The notes below the pieces were generated by a model, which saw only the letters and a program-made list of their open reading frames with translations, did not search any database and was not told the DNA's origin. DNA of 60,262 bases, the filler included, from Bipalium vagum (Eukaryota), in NCBI GenBank assembly GCA_037834085.1. It is 3 parts of 3 records of this genome, joined end to end, with 100 filler letters (N's around TTAATTAATTAA, not from the genome) between each part and the next. Parts side by side here need not be neighbours in the genome. Positions count along the whole stretch, not along the records: positions 22,249 to 42,877 come from JBBMKC010249063.1; positions 42,978 to 60,262 come from JBBMKC010072774.1; 1 more part is not named here. One strand, written 5' to 3'. Made by a program: the position numbers and the translations under genes. This document shows positions 41,560 through 53,637 of the stretch, piece after piece; the stretch's first letter is position 1, and every line of letters starts with the position of its first letter.

Positions 41560-42156
41560 TGAACTGATTATTTTCAATATTATTTCCTAATTATCCAGAG
41601 TTGAATACTGTTAAAGAATAATACATTCAGAGGTTTCATTTGACGAATTGTTTAAATGCAATTAAATTAATTGTATAATTTATAGCAATATTATTTTCAT
41701 TTTTTGCTTTCAGACTATGTAATCATAATAATTAAAATTGCTAATTAATAAATGTTTTCTAATTTAATTAGTTAATTAGAAATATCTTTCCATGTTAATG
41801 AACTTTCAACATTAGAAACTGAATGGAAATATCTCAATTAAAATTCACCTTTGATATTCTCAGTTCTTTTATGAGCAGACTCCATTTCAATGTCTTTCCT
41901 TTCTCTGAAACATATTTTGCTGAAATCCACATAAAACTGATTTTAACATTTTATGGCCATATTAAAGTTGGCTGACAGTGATTCAATTAATTTACTGCTA
42001 AGGAATATTGCTTCAATATTTTGTTTAATTTAAGTGATTTCAAACGGCGAAATTGATACAGAAATGTCATATTTCAATCGATTTACATTGCTTTAACTTA
42101 GAAGAAAACCATTTTTAGAGGAAATTTTAAAAGTTTTCAATATTTTCATTTTCAAT
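41560..42156 (-). pseudogene. gene-like exon chain with short introns, frame unresolved
   Basis: atttag acceptor at 42157, intron-like gtaaat...tcag (24 nt) and gtgaat...ttcag (30 nt), and coding-like stretches. The simplest frame contains TAA/TAG. Confidence 0.3.
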
Positions 42157-42877
42157 CTAAATAATTAAAATTAAAACATTTATAATAATGCATATTTTCT
42201 TATTATTTTATTATTTATTACAGTTATATATTACAGTTATTATTTATTTATTATTTTTTTATTTTTATTAAAAATTTTAAATATATTTTCAAATACATAA
42301 TTTTTTGTAGAATTTCTCGTTATATTATTTATTAATTTTAGTAATTAATTTATGGAATTAGAAGCAAATTTTAAGTGACAAGATTATTTATTATATAATT
42401 ATCCTGTTTATTCTTTATAATTTATTGCTTGAAATTCTGCTTTAGGCATTTTGAAATTTATCATATTTATTTAAAATAATTATTTTTTTTATTATATATC
42501 ACATATAATATTTATAATGATAGTTGAATTTTGATTCAAGTTTTGTATTTATCTGTTTTTTATCTGAAAATCTGGCTTTCGAAAATCAAAATAGATTCGA
42601 AATAATTTTATTTAATTTATTTATATTTTAATTTTGTCAACGAAGATATTTGTTATAGTTTTTTTTATGATGATACTTATATTTTGTCCAAAATAATATT
42701 AAAAAGTTAAGAAAAACTTTTTGTTTCAATATTTAAAATATTGGGTAGTTGCATTAATTCTCGCTGTTTGTTTTACGTAATCAGTTTGATTAATAATCTC
42801 GTGACAATTTAAATAAAATAGTAAAATTTATTATGTATTGACATTAACCTTTAAAATAAATTATTTAGCTTAAACAT

Positions 42878-42977
42878 NNNNNNNNNNNNNNNNNNNNNNN
42901 NNNNNNNNNNNNNNNNNNNNNTTAATTAATTAANNNNNNNNNNNNNNNNNNNNNNNNNNNNNNNNNNNNNNNNNNNN
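42878..42977. other. artificial contig linker (44 N + TTAATTAATTAA + 44 N)
   Basis: Same 100-bp structure as 22149-22248. Confidence 0.95.
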
Positions 42978-42999
42978 TCGCATAAAAATGATTATTTTT

Positions 43000-43330
43000 A
43001 GTATTTTATTGTTTTCTATAGGTGTTCCTAAACTTTCCGCGGGTATTGTATGTAACAATCAAAAAATTATTTAAAAAATCGCTTTCTCTGCGTTCAAGAC
43101 TGATTGCTTTATTGCTTGTTTCTCGAATAATTAACCACTTTGTTTCACCAGAGGCCCTGTCTTTCTGCACACGTTTCCTCCTTTCCCTTCCAATATTCTT
43201 GAAATAATGTCGGATGTAACTTTTATGTCTTTCGAGGTAATTTTTTTCCATTTGAAGGATTTAACAAATCTTTGAAGGTTTCAGAAATACCATTTTCCTT
43301 TTATGTCATCGTGTTACTTTTGAAATTTTC
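43000..43330 (-). mobile_element. possible Tc1-like transposase N-terminal relic
   Basis: Basic, frameshifted IISRIL...CRK.G.G pattern. No catalytic motif seen. Confidence 0.3.
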
Positions 43331-44359
43331 TAACATGTAAATGACAAACTATATTTATGTTTTTAAACATTTTATATACTTAATGTATATAACCTATCCA
43401 AAGGCTAATAATGTAATATTCTTCTAATTACTAATTATTTAAAATATTTAGTTTGAAATGGGTGTGAGAATAAATATGTATAAACAAAATATTTGAATAA
43501 TTTGATTTTATGAAACACATCAACCAAATTTAGGATAACAGCTGCTCATATCTTACATCATAAGAAACTAAAACCCATTTGAAAACTAAAACCCATTTTT
43601 TCACCTACATTTATAAACATTTTTTAAACATTTGTGTCACACTGTAATAAACCAGAATAGAATTAATATTATTGTTGTAAATATAAATATTATTTTATAT
43701 ATTATTAATATTAATACTATTTTTATAATTCTGAGAACAGGTAATTTTCTTGCACCAAAATATAATTAAAATATCAATATTACTTATGGCTGATTATTAG
43801 GCAATTTCCTACCTACAAATCGTCGCTGTTTAGCCTAATAAATCTGTTGCAATTGTTCGAGACTGGATCGAGCAATTATGGATGAAGTGGTTACCATTTA
43901 TTTGGTTACCACTTACAGATTGACTTAGTGATTCATTCAGCACATCACTTTCTCAGATGGAGAGGGTTGCTCGCTTTATTTATTTATTTTTCATTTACTT
44001 TTTATTAATAAAATTGTTTTGGTGAATAATTTAATTCATTTCGGTTTTTGGAAATTACGCTTTTAGAATGGACGTGCAGAATAGGGTGAAAAATTAGCTG
44101 ACATTAAAAGTTTTATTATTGATATAATCCTTAAATTAATTCTTAAATTGATAATTTTTGATTTTTTTAATGAAGAAAGAAATTTATTCGTATTTGAAAA
44201 TAGCTGATCAAATTTATTGTTTTAATTAAATCTTAATACATGCGATTTGTTTTAATTTTGAAATAATATTTCTTGATCTCACTTCTTAAAAATTATTGGA
44301 ATAATTAGATCAGCGCACAATTATATTATAAATGTAAGGAATTTCTATCTGATCCTCTA

Positions 44360-44850
44360 TACAGTATCGTATTATAGTGCATATTACTCGCGGGTTATCC
44401 ATGTTTTTTTATTTTAAATTATCATTCAAATGGTTAAAAAATGAGTTACATTATTATTAATAAAAAATTAAGTTGAAGTAAATAAACACTTTTATTCAGA
44501 ATAGTCTGTTGAAAATCCATCGAAATCCGAGTTCTCTTTACTGTCGTATTCCGGATTTTTCAATTGTCCATACTGCACTTCATTATTGGTAATTATGTAG
44601 GCATGTTTGAATCCATTAATTATAGTGTTTGAAGATATAGCATCCCAAGAATTAACTATCCAGTTGCAGACTGGGGCGTAGCTTGCTTTCGTTGGCATCC
44701 ATAAGCAGTAAAGGTAAGATTATCTCCACTCATCCATCTTTCCCATTCTCTTCTGATATTGGCTTTAAATGATCATTTAAAAGAAATATCAAGAGGCTGG
44801 AGAATACTTGTCATTCCGCCAGGAATTAATGCAATTTGGCATAATCTAAA
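44360..44850 (-). mobile_element. pogo/Tigger-like (DDE_1) transposon 3' part
   Basis: LIPGGMTSILQPLDISF..FKANIRREWERWM...SYAPVCNWIVNSWDAISSNTIINGFK plus an acidic tail DSDFDGF-like. Confidence 0.8.
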
Positions 44851-45050
44851 AATTTTAATTATAGTGCCGCTGTATATGATTTTCTACTTGTCATTTGTAT
44901 ATCAATATCTTTACATCAACGGATTTTATAAAAATATTCAAATATTGTGTAATAATGCGGCATCATATACAGGGTTTGTCATGTCATTTCATATATTCTC
45001 ACTCTCATTTCGTAATGTCATTTCGAAAAAGAATCAATATATCTGTTGGA

Positions 45051-45270
45051 TGAAAATTAATCTAAGATACCGGGATTCGAACCCGGGATCTTTCACAATC
45101 ACAGCTGAGCTACATCCCCTAATAATTTTCAATTTATCTCACATCCCCTCTTTTAAGGCTCACATCCAGACGCTTAACAGCCCTGAGTCTCTTACTTCCA
45201 TTTCCTTTACCTTTTCCTTTTCACTTTCGAGATCTCGTTCGTTGGTTAATTTCATTGTGTGTCACCATGT
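45051..45270 (-). mobile_element. tRNA-containing miniature LTR element (Helenus-like TRIM candidate), copy 2 with PBS-like motif and PPT
   Basis: Minus strand: ACA|TGGTGAC (45267-45261), a 124-bp internal region ending in PPT AAAAGAGGGGA (45154-45144), then TGTGAGATAAATTGAAAATTA-GGGGATGTAGCTCAG...GGGTTCGAATCCCGGTATC-GATTAATTTTCA. Confidence 0.65.
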
Positions 45271-45358
45271 TAATTTGCTCGAATTCCATATAAAACAAAA
45301 TAAATAAATTTTAGTTAATTATTTATTTTGTTTCATATGGAATTCGAGCAAATTAACA
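45268..45358. repeat. 91-bp near-perfect palindrome (hairpin)
   Basis: Arms TGTTAATTTGCTCGAATTCCATAT(A/G)AAACAAAATAAATAA, 40 bp with one mismatch, around a loop of about 11 nt. Confidence 0.95.
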
Positions 45359-45359
45359 A

Positions 45360-45700
45360 TATCGATCCATTGTTTTTTCACAAACACATTTCGTATTCTT
45401 TTTGCAATTTTTTTTAATTACTCTTTATGTAATACCACAGTCTTCATCAATCCAAGTTTTTATTACTTCAATACGAAACTGTTCCGTGGATCTTTTTCTT
45501 CCTCCACGATACAATTTCTGCTTAAATCCTCCTTCAGTTTCATAAACTCTTTTTATTGAACATGCTGTAGTGTTTTTTACACCAAGCATTGAAGAAGAAA
45601 AGTTTTTTGCTATATCCATTAATGTAAGACTCTATCATTATTTATTGGATAAATAGGAAATATACGTATTATTTAATTAGTAAAATGGTGAAATGAAATT
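45360..45700 (-). mobile_element. Tc1/IS630-like transposase N-terminal fragment
   Basis: SMLGVKNTTACSIKRVYETEG...RGGRKR...IKTWIDEDCGIT. Confidence 0.5.
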
Positions 45701-46671
45701 CTAATTGAAATCAAGAATAAATAAATATAAATATCTGAAAAATAATTAATCACACCTAAGTTGATATAATTATATTGGTTAATTTTTATAAATCACAATT
45801 TTTTAAAAATATTTATAAATTATTGCTAATTATTTTGTTTGGACCTTATCATTTTTCTAAATAAAAACAAATGATAATTAAAAATTAAAATTTAATTTTA
45901 CGAAAAAATTTTTTTATATTGAATTAAATATTCGTTTTGTCATTCTCCAATTTTTGGAAAAGTATCACACGGAAAATAGTCGCTAAAGCCAAAATATAAT
46001 ATTAAGAAATGGGGATGAAGTCTATCCCAATCGGAAAAATTGTAATAAGTATAAAGTTTTGTAATTATATATAAAACGTGAATAAAATGAGAACAGACCA
46101 ATGGTCCCTGGATTTTAATTGTGTAAAATTTTAATTTACTAAATACAATATCATCGACTTAATTCGTCAACCAGTTAAAGATAAAAAAGTTTTAAAAGTA
46201 AGGGTTCAAACAAGGGTTCACATTAGTATTATGGATCTTAAATAACCAATGTATTATAGTTCAATGTTGAGATCCTCATCCTTTGCCTTGTGCGTTTTTT
46301 TCACATAGATAAATCTCTTCAATTTTAAATGGAATGTGAAATAACCTCAATAAATATAAGCAACTTCAATGCTCTGTCACGCTATGGAATTGATTATTCT
46401 CATCATTTTCATATCAGATGCCAGAACTCAATTTCCCCGTAGCAGGCGAAAGTAATTACAACACAAAAGGTAAAAAAGAGCCTTAATACCTAAATCATAT
46501 TTTCCCTTTAAATTTAATTACATCTGTAAATTAAGAAATTGTAAAATGAAAAAGTTTACTAAGAACAAAAAACTTTTTGTAAATATGAAATAAATTTTGT
46601 TTTAATTATCACAAAATTATTAAATTAATCACAATGAAAAAAGGTTTTATTGACTAAAAAGAAAAAACTCA

Positions 46672-47243
46672 CCTGGATTTGGCGAATAAAACGATCTTCC
46701 TTGGGATTTTCAAGCAGTTTAATGCATACTTCAATACTTTCAATATTGCTTATTTTTCATCATGAAACACATTTCTGCAGTTTCTGTTGATCTTACTTAT
46801 AGCTTTCAAATATAGGACAAATTAAGTTCATCAGACAAACTTCTAGTGTTAATCGATTGATTATCTTCAATTGATTTGCACAGCTTTTCATAATTCATTT
46901 TGGCAGGTCTACCGGAACAAAGGTCTGTGTTAGTGATTAAATCAATTTTTTGAACTACATTTGCGCAACAATGATTGAACACAAAATATTCATCTTCTAC
47001 CTCATATATTTTCGCTGTACTTGTACTAAAATCCTGTTTCCAAAAATTTCAGAGGAGTGTCCAAACTTTTATATCAGTTATATATATTTATAATATTTTA
47101 TATCAGTTCATTTACTTAGTTATATAATATTTAATTATCTTCAAAATGATATATAACTAAATTAATTTAAATGTTTTTAACTATATAATAAATTGCTTTG
47201 AAATATTTAAACAAAAAGAAATTACTTATAGTTCACTGTAATA
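46672..47243 (-). mobile_element. mariner 5' half, same family as 34340-35258
   Basis: SGRPAKMNYEKLCKSIEDNQSINTRSLSDEL, a DEK motif, and the shared 5' UTR/TIR. Confidence 0.75.
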
Positions 47244-47989
47244 TTATATCTTAATTATTTTCTGATAATATAAATAAAATCTATCATTTTTATTCAATAT
47301 TACCTATCTGTTGGATAGTATTGAATGTGAACAAGTTCATTTTGCTGTTGAGTAGATTGAAAAAAGATGGACAATGTCAGAATTAAAAACTTTATAAAAT
47401 GAAAAGAAGACATTAATAAACGAGTAGCAATCGGCTACCAAATCTTGTATATTTATTTATGATAACAAGGATGTTTCTTTTATAATTCCAAAGACGCATG
47501 AAAATCTGGTACTCTTAATTCAAATTACTACAAGGTTGGAAGTTAAGCATTTCAAGTGTCGTAAACGTACTCGGTATGACAATAATCTTCTTAATTCATA
47601 ATTTCGTACACTTTTTCCGATCTGACATGGTCAGTAACACAGATTACATTTAATCTCTGATCTGGTTATCAGTTTATTTACTGGAAATATTTTATCACGA
47701 TGATGGACAAGGATGATTTCTTCAACGATTATGACCCCATTATTAAATGAGATGAAGACCAGTTATCTTGCACAAGAGCATGAAATTCTAATGAGAGAAA
47801 GCTTTGTTAATATTAGTGACATTTATTATTTTATAAATATTTTCTTTTTTTCAGCATTGTTAAATGAAAAAAATAAGTTATCGTGAGAGGAGAAAATTAA
47901 AAAAACTTTTTCGTGCATTTTAATCTTTTATTGAGGTGAATTTTTTTAATTAACTAATTAAAAACTAATAAAAAGCAATAGAAAAAGAT

Positions 47990-48521
47990 TCGCCAATTCT
48001 CCTAGCTTAATCACCAAAGCTGTGAAGAATTTATCTCACTTCTTTTTTTTTATTCTTAAAATTTTGTCAATCACTGAAATCGTTTTCCTCTCGAAATGTC
48101 AGAAATGTCATTCTTTTGATAATTAGCAAGCAAGGAAGGGCCAGTTTATTAAATTGGAATTTCGATGAGCAATTCGCAGCACTTAGTCAAGAATTCCATT
48201 CATTACCAAAGTCTCTGTGGCCATAATATTTTCCTTAATAATAATTGAAGGGAAGACAAATATCTATTTCAATAATTACAATCCTAGGGCTATCGCTGGA
48301 TAGTCTGAATGAATTTGGATAAAATGTGGAGAATTCCATATTGATAATGTAGTAATAAGAAAACCTCTTTATTGTAGAAATTTGTTATGTCTTACGGAAA
48401 CAGAAATTTATTTCCTTTTTGGATCATTCCCTGAAAAGTTACCACTCACAATCGATATGACATTTTTTCTACCGCAAGAGACGGCAGTCAAATCTTGGCA
48501 AAAATTATCATTTAGGATTAC
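47990..48521. pseudogene. GC-richer gene-like segment, strand and frame unresolved
   Basis: About 500 bp of coding-like composition with a strong minus-strand acceptor (tcatcttag) at 48522. Every frame has stops. Confidence 0.25.
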
Positions 48522-49512
48522 CTAAGATGAGAAATAAAGTTAATAATTAATATAAAAATAAACTTATCATGAGTTAAAATGTAATAAAATATTAGGGAGA
48601 AGAACTTTTTGTTTGATTTTTCACATTTAACTTATATTATATTATTAATAGTTCGTTTTTAAAACTTTAATATATTATACAGAAATTAATTGTATAAAAT
48701 AATAATTAATGTGATTAATTTGTAAAATGAATTAGAAATTGGAATTTTTTATATTTGAAATAATAAAATATTTTTATATTTATTAATTTATGATATATTT
48801 TACAACAAAATGTGAATATGTATACAAAGAATTGTTGAAATGTATCTTGAACTTAAGCTATCCTCAATTCAGGACGTTTTTGGATGTAGTTTTGCTCAGA
48901 CTGGGTTGAATAAAAAAGGACTAAACCTAAAAGTATTGTCGTTTTTGGTGAATTCAACCTTAACAATAATATGAATGATACGATTATACTTTTAATTGAT
49001 AAATTAATTAAGAAAATTGATTGAACTAAGATAAAGTTATAACCGTTGTAAAAGTGATAATATTTTTCATTTCAGTCCTTATAACTTTTTGAAATGAGAG
49101 TTGCTTTGGACTCATTGATAAAGATATAAAAAAATTAAAATCGAAATCCATTTTCAAAAGTAAATGTTTTCCAAATAAATGATTTGCAAGAAATTAAAAA
49201 AATACACATTGAACATTTACATTGGAAACCAACAACAATTAAAGATGAAAATAAAAATTTTCTTCATTATACAAAAAAGATATAATTATATAATAATATA
49301 TAAAAGATATATAAATAATTAAAAGGTAAATCTAAATAGAAAAAAATTTATATATGATTTTTATTAAATATTATTTTCAGTATTCCTTTTGAATAATTAG
49401 AAATCATCTTCAACTAAACTAACCATAAAACCGAAAATATTAATAAAAACTTTTATTTATATAATTTGTTTTTATACTTTTTATTTATTTATTAAAAAAT
49501 TGAAAAATTCAG

Positions 49513-50042
49513 GATAGAGAGCTGTTAAATGAAGTTTCGAATTGGAAACTTGCTAGTAAGGAATTTTACAAGTTGAGGAATTATTTTTAATTTTTTAAAA
49601 TAAAAACTATTTTAGTAAAATTACGAAAAATTAAATAAAATCAATAAATTGGAAGGAGAAATCAAAGATCTACAAGATAAAATGAATCTTTCGAAAGGTA
49701 AATTTGTTTTTATAAAACTGGAAATAAAAAATTATTTCAGAGAAAAGAAACTCCTTGAAACTGAAATTGCAGCAAGTGATATTTTAAATTTTACATAATT
49801 TAATAAACATGTTTTAGTTAATGTTGAATATGAATTACCGCGTGAACGCGCAACAATAAATAATGTGGTTCAAACAAATTTTTTAATAAAATGAGCTGGA
49901 CTCAACAAAAAATGAATTGGCTTCTTTACGAAAAGGTAATGAAAATTTACAAAACAAGATACAAAGATATTTTTTGGAGGTTTTATCACTAGGTTCGAAA
50001 GAGCTAGAGAAACTAAGAAAGCTTAAAAGACTAACTAACTAA
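49513..50042 (+). CDS. 3' exons of a coiled-coil protein gene (one apparent frameshift)
   Basis: GT-AG introns of 44, 43-45, 42 and 31 nt. Translation DRELLNEVSNWKLASKEFY..KLNKINKLEGEIKDLQDKMNLSKEKKLLETEIAAINVEYELPRERATINNLDSTKNELASLRKGNENLQNKIQ... is heptad-like. Confidence 0.5.
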
Positions 50043-52151
50043 GATTTTATTAAAAAATTTATATCTTATTTTTGAAAATTTATTAATAAAATTCGTTTTG
50101 CCTAAATTGTAATTATCGATTTTTTAAAAATTGTTTAAGGATTTTTAAAATTAGTACTTTTTAAATAAAATTTTTGCCATGGTATAGATTTAACCCAGTT
50201 AATATATTTGGTAATAAATAACTAAATGATATTTATAGTTATAGTAACTTTAAAATGAATTTAAAAATGGAAAAAAATATTATTTCTTATTAATCTTTTT
50301 GAAAATAGTGAAAAAGTTCTTTTTTGTTATAAAATGGGTTAAAAAGTTTTGAAAACGGAAAATGTTTTTGAAAAACAAAGGGTGTGGTGCTGCCATGTAT
50401 TACTTTTTATGGTACTAAACTAGAAGTTGACATAAAAACTCATGAAACCGCCTTATTCAAAATCTGTTAATGTATTATTAAAAATTAAACAATACAATAA
50501 CAGTAAGTCCAATAAATAATACTAATAAAACATTTTTAAAATAATTAAACATTTTTGAATCAAATAATCCGTAATTTTTTCTTCTTATCCATGTTCTTGT
50601 CGTAAATCCATGATGAACGGAAAATCATGAATTTTATGTTTGTGGTAGATTTCATGATTGCCTCAGATTGTAAAATATCTTAAAAGTGTCTGATTATCTT
50701 GCTGGCAATATAATATTGTCTTCATGTTATTGTTTAGGTCATTGTTGAATTTGAAAAATATATATATAACAAAATATTATTTAAACAAATCAAAAGTTAT
50801 TAAATTTTTTATATTTTACATGAAATTAACTGAAATATGATAATTACAAATAAATGGACCAAATGTAGAAGTTGGTCTGATTATAGAAGTAGTCAAAATC
50901 AGGTGACCCAAAATAGAAATTCGACTGTAATTAAGAAACGAACTCAGATCAGATTTTCTTTACTTAATATTGTCAGAAAACCTTTTAGATTTCGAATAAA
51001 AAACTTGATGTTGAATAATTATTCTTTGGATTAAAGTTTTGTGCATTGTGTAAACAAACTGACAATAGTTTAAGTCTTTTAGAAAAAATTGATATACTTT
51101 TAAATATGTGATTTTTGAGGAATTACGGTAGACGAATTACGTAAGTTCATCCCATATCAAAAATTGATAATGAAAGTGTAATTAATGCTGCACAAAAAAG
51201 TCATTCTGACATTGAATCTTTCTTTCATTGTTTTTTCAATGCATTTCCAACAATTACCAGCTTCATTTAGCGTACTCTGTCGATTTCATTTATTCTAGAA
51301 TACATTTTTTAATTTTTACAAGTAAAATTGTAATAATTAACAGTTGAAACTCAATTTTTATTAGTTTATCAAATTTAAATATATTTTAACAATAAATCAA
51401 ATTTTGATAGGAGTTGAACTTACTTAATTCGCCTTCTGTATAATAATTTATTTTAATATTTTTTGAATTGTTTGTTGATCCCTGTTTAACAATAGTTTAA
51501 TAAATATAGAGAAACGTATATATACATCCTGAGATAAGAGATATATGCAAAGGGTGGCCGATGTACCCATTATCCCACGGATAAATATATTGACAATCAT
51601 CGATGAAACCTGGAATGTTCACACTGCATTTACAGAAAGTTTGAATAAAATCAACAAAATAATTCCCGTGCATCCTTATGAATATTAATAAATATATGAA
51701 TTAAAAATGGTCTCATATCTCAATACAAACTGGGTCTGTCGATATTTGTTTTACTGTGATAAAATTGAGAATGAAGTTTTCCTCTCGATTTAATTTACAA
51801 GAATATCTGAGAACAACAATCAATCTTACAGTCAATATATACTCTACGCTTAAATCGAAATATTAAATAATTAATATTTATTATTAAAACAAAATCTCTT
51901 CATATATATAAATAATTTTTTATAAATTTTAAAATGTTTCAGAAATTTCAAAAAGATTAAGAGAGGGATTTTCAACAGACGTAGAAAAAATCAATTTATT
52001 TAAAATGAAAACTAAAATATTTTTTTCATTATTTAACTTTGAATATATAAATAAATATATATACATAAATCGATATTTGACTATCGTAAACAGACTTAAT
52101 ATTTATATTTGTATTGCATTACAATTATTACAAAAATAAGCAATAAAAGAA

Positions 52152-52152
<1 letters not shown>

Positions 52153-52219
<67 letters not shown>
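52153..52219. repeat. (AAT)n microsatellite
   Basis: About 22 perfect units; explains the poly-Ile ORF. Confidence 0.95.
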
Positions 52220-52223
<4 letters not shown>

Positions 52224-52679
52224 TTCATAAATTGAATTATTACTGTGTTGCAATTCAATTTGGCATTTGTATGTTAAGAATAGAGTTTTATTAAAATTGT
52301 ATGAAAATGAAATGAATAGCTCAAGCCAAAAGGTATTTTAAGTGATCCTCGAGCTTAATTAAAGTTGCAAAATTATTTTTCATGGATAATTCTAAAATTA
52401 AATAAAATCTCATTATTTCTGATTTAGATTGTTTAAAAGTGTGCTTTGTTTAAATGGTTTAAATGATTTTGCAATTAATGCAATATATTATATAAATTAA
52501 AATATAAATTAAAGTAATAATAAAAAAATAATATTCAAAGTTGATATTATAAATATATTTAATGAATTATTTTATTAATGTAAAATGTTCCAATATTTAT
52601 TATTAAGTTATACAGAAAGTTCTTGCCAATTCTTTCCTTATCTTAATTCCGAGAAAACATTAGATTTTTATTTTTTTAG

Positions 52680-53248
52680 GCTAACACACTCTCAGTGTGC
52701 AGAAAAGTGCCTGATTTTAAACAACGCAAAACCAATTATTTTAAAACCAAGTTAATGTTATATAAAAATGGGATTGGTGAAATTTTATATAAGCGCTTAA
52801 TTGTTTTAATAAGTTAATATAATCACATTTAGATGCTCAAAATTTAGTTTCGGATAATGCTGTCAATTAAAGAACAAGTTAAAAACAGTTTTATTAATAA
52901 AAATATTTATTTTTGAACAGTTTTATAGAACCTGTACATTATTCCATGATGAATTAGTGTAGAAGAAAAGTTACATAACCTTAGGCACTTGATGTTTTTC
53001 TGAGGACTTTGAAAAAGAAGCAATCCAAGAGGTTTAAAAGCATTATTGAACCAGATGAAGTTCATCTTTAAAAATCACAGGATACAGATTTATGAAAGAG
53101 TAAAAATCTTTCTCAAAATTTATACATTGTTTTATAAAGGGAAATATAATAATTATAAAGTACCTTCTTATATTTTATATTTTATTCATAGGATGGAGAT
53201 ATCAATTTAAAATTAAAAAAATATTATAATCGGACACCAAAGACATAA
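52680..53248 (+). pseudogene. five-exon chain with phase-0 introns and in-frame stops
   Basis: Introns of 56, 43, 23 and 92 nt; internal exons of 45, 111 and 45 nt. Stops at 52753, 52845, 52960 and 52990. Confidence 0.35.
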
Positions 53249-53637
53249 ATATATTGGTTACAGTTATCAAATTTATAACATTTTACTTTCTATATATAAT
53301 GTATAAATTTTAATACTGGTAAATAAAATATAAAATAAAGAAATGTATAATTTATAATAAAAAATAATTTTTTTTTATAACCAATGAAATTAAGGAAAAT
53401 CTTTAAAGAAAAAATAATAAATAAATTTAATTAAAGTTTCCTAATTAAAATTATTTCTACATCAACTCTTAATAATTATTAAATATAATTAGTTTAATAT
53501 AAATATTTCAGTGCTCAAATTTTATTATAGCTTGAAATATAATAATATATAAAATATTTAATTAATTTTGTAAATGAAGCTCTTTATTATTGATATAATA
53601 ATACCCAATTTACAATGTTAATTATTATATATGTAAT

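Noticed and set aside
44759-45307. 182-aa plus-strand ORF
   Set aside because: Runs antisense across a pogo relic, the tRNA-like module and the palindrome; most likely a chance open frame.
52109-52294. Poly-Ile ORF (similar case at 55477-55683)
   Set aside because: Translation of an (AAT)n microsatellite.
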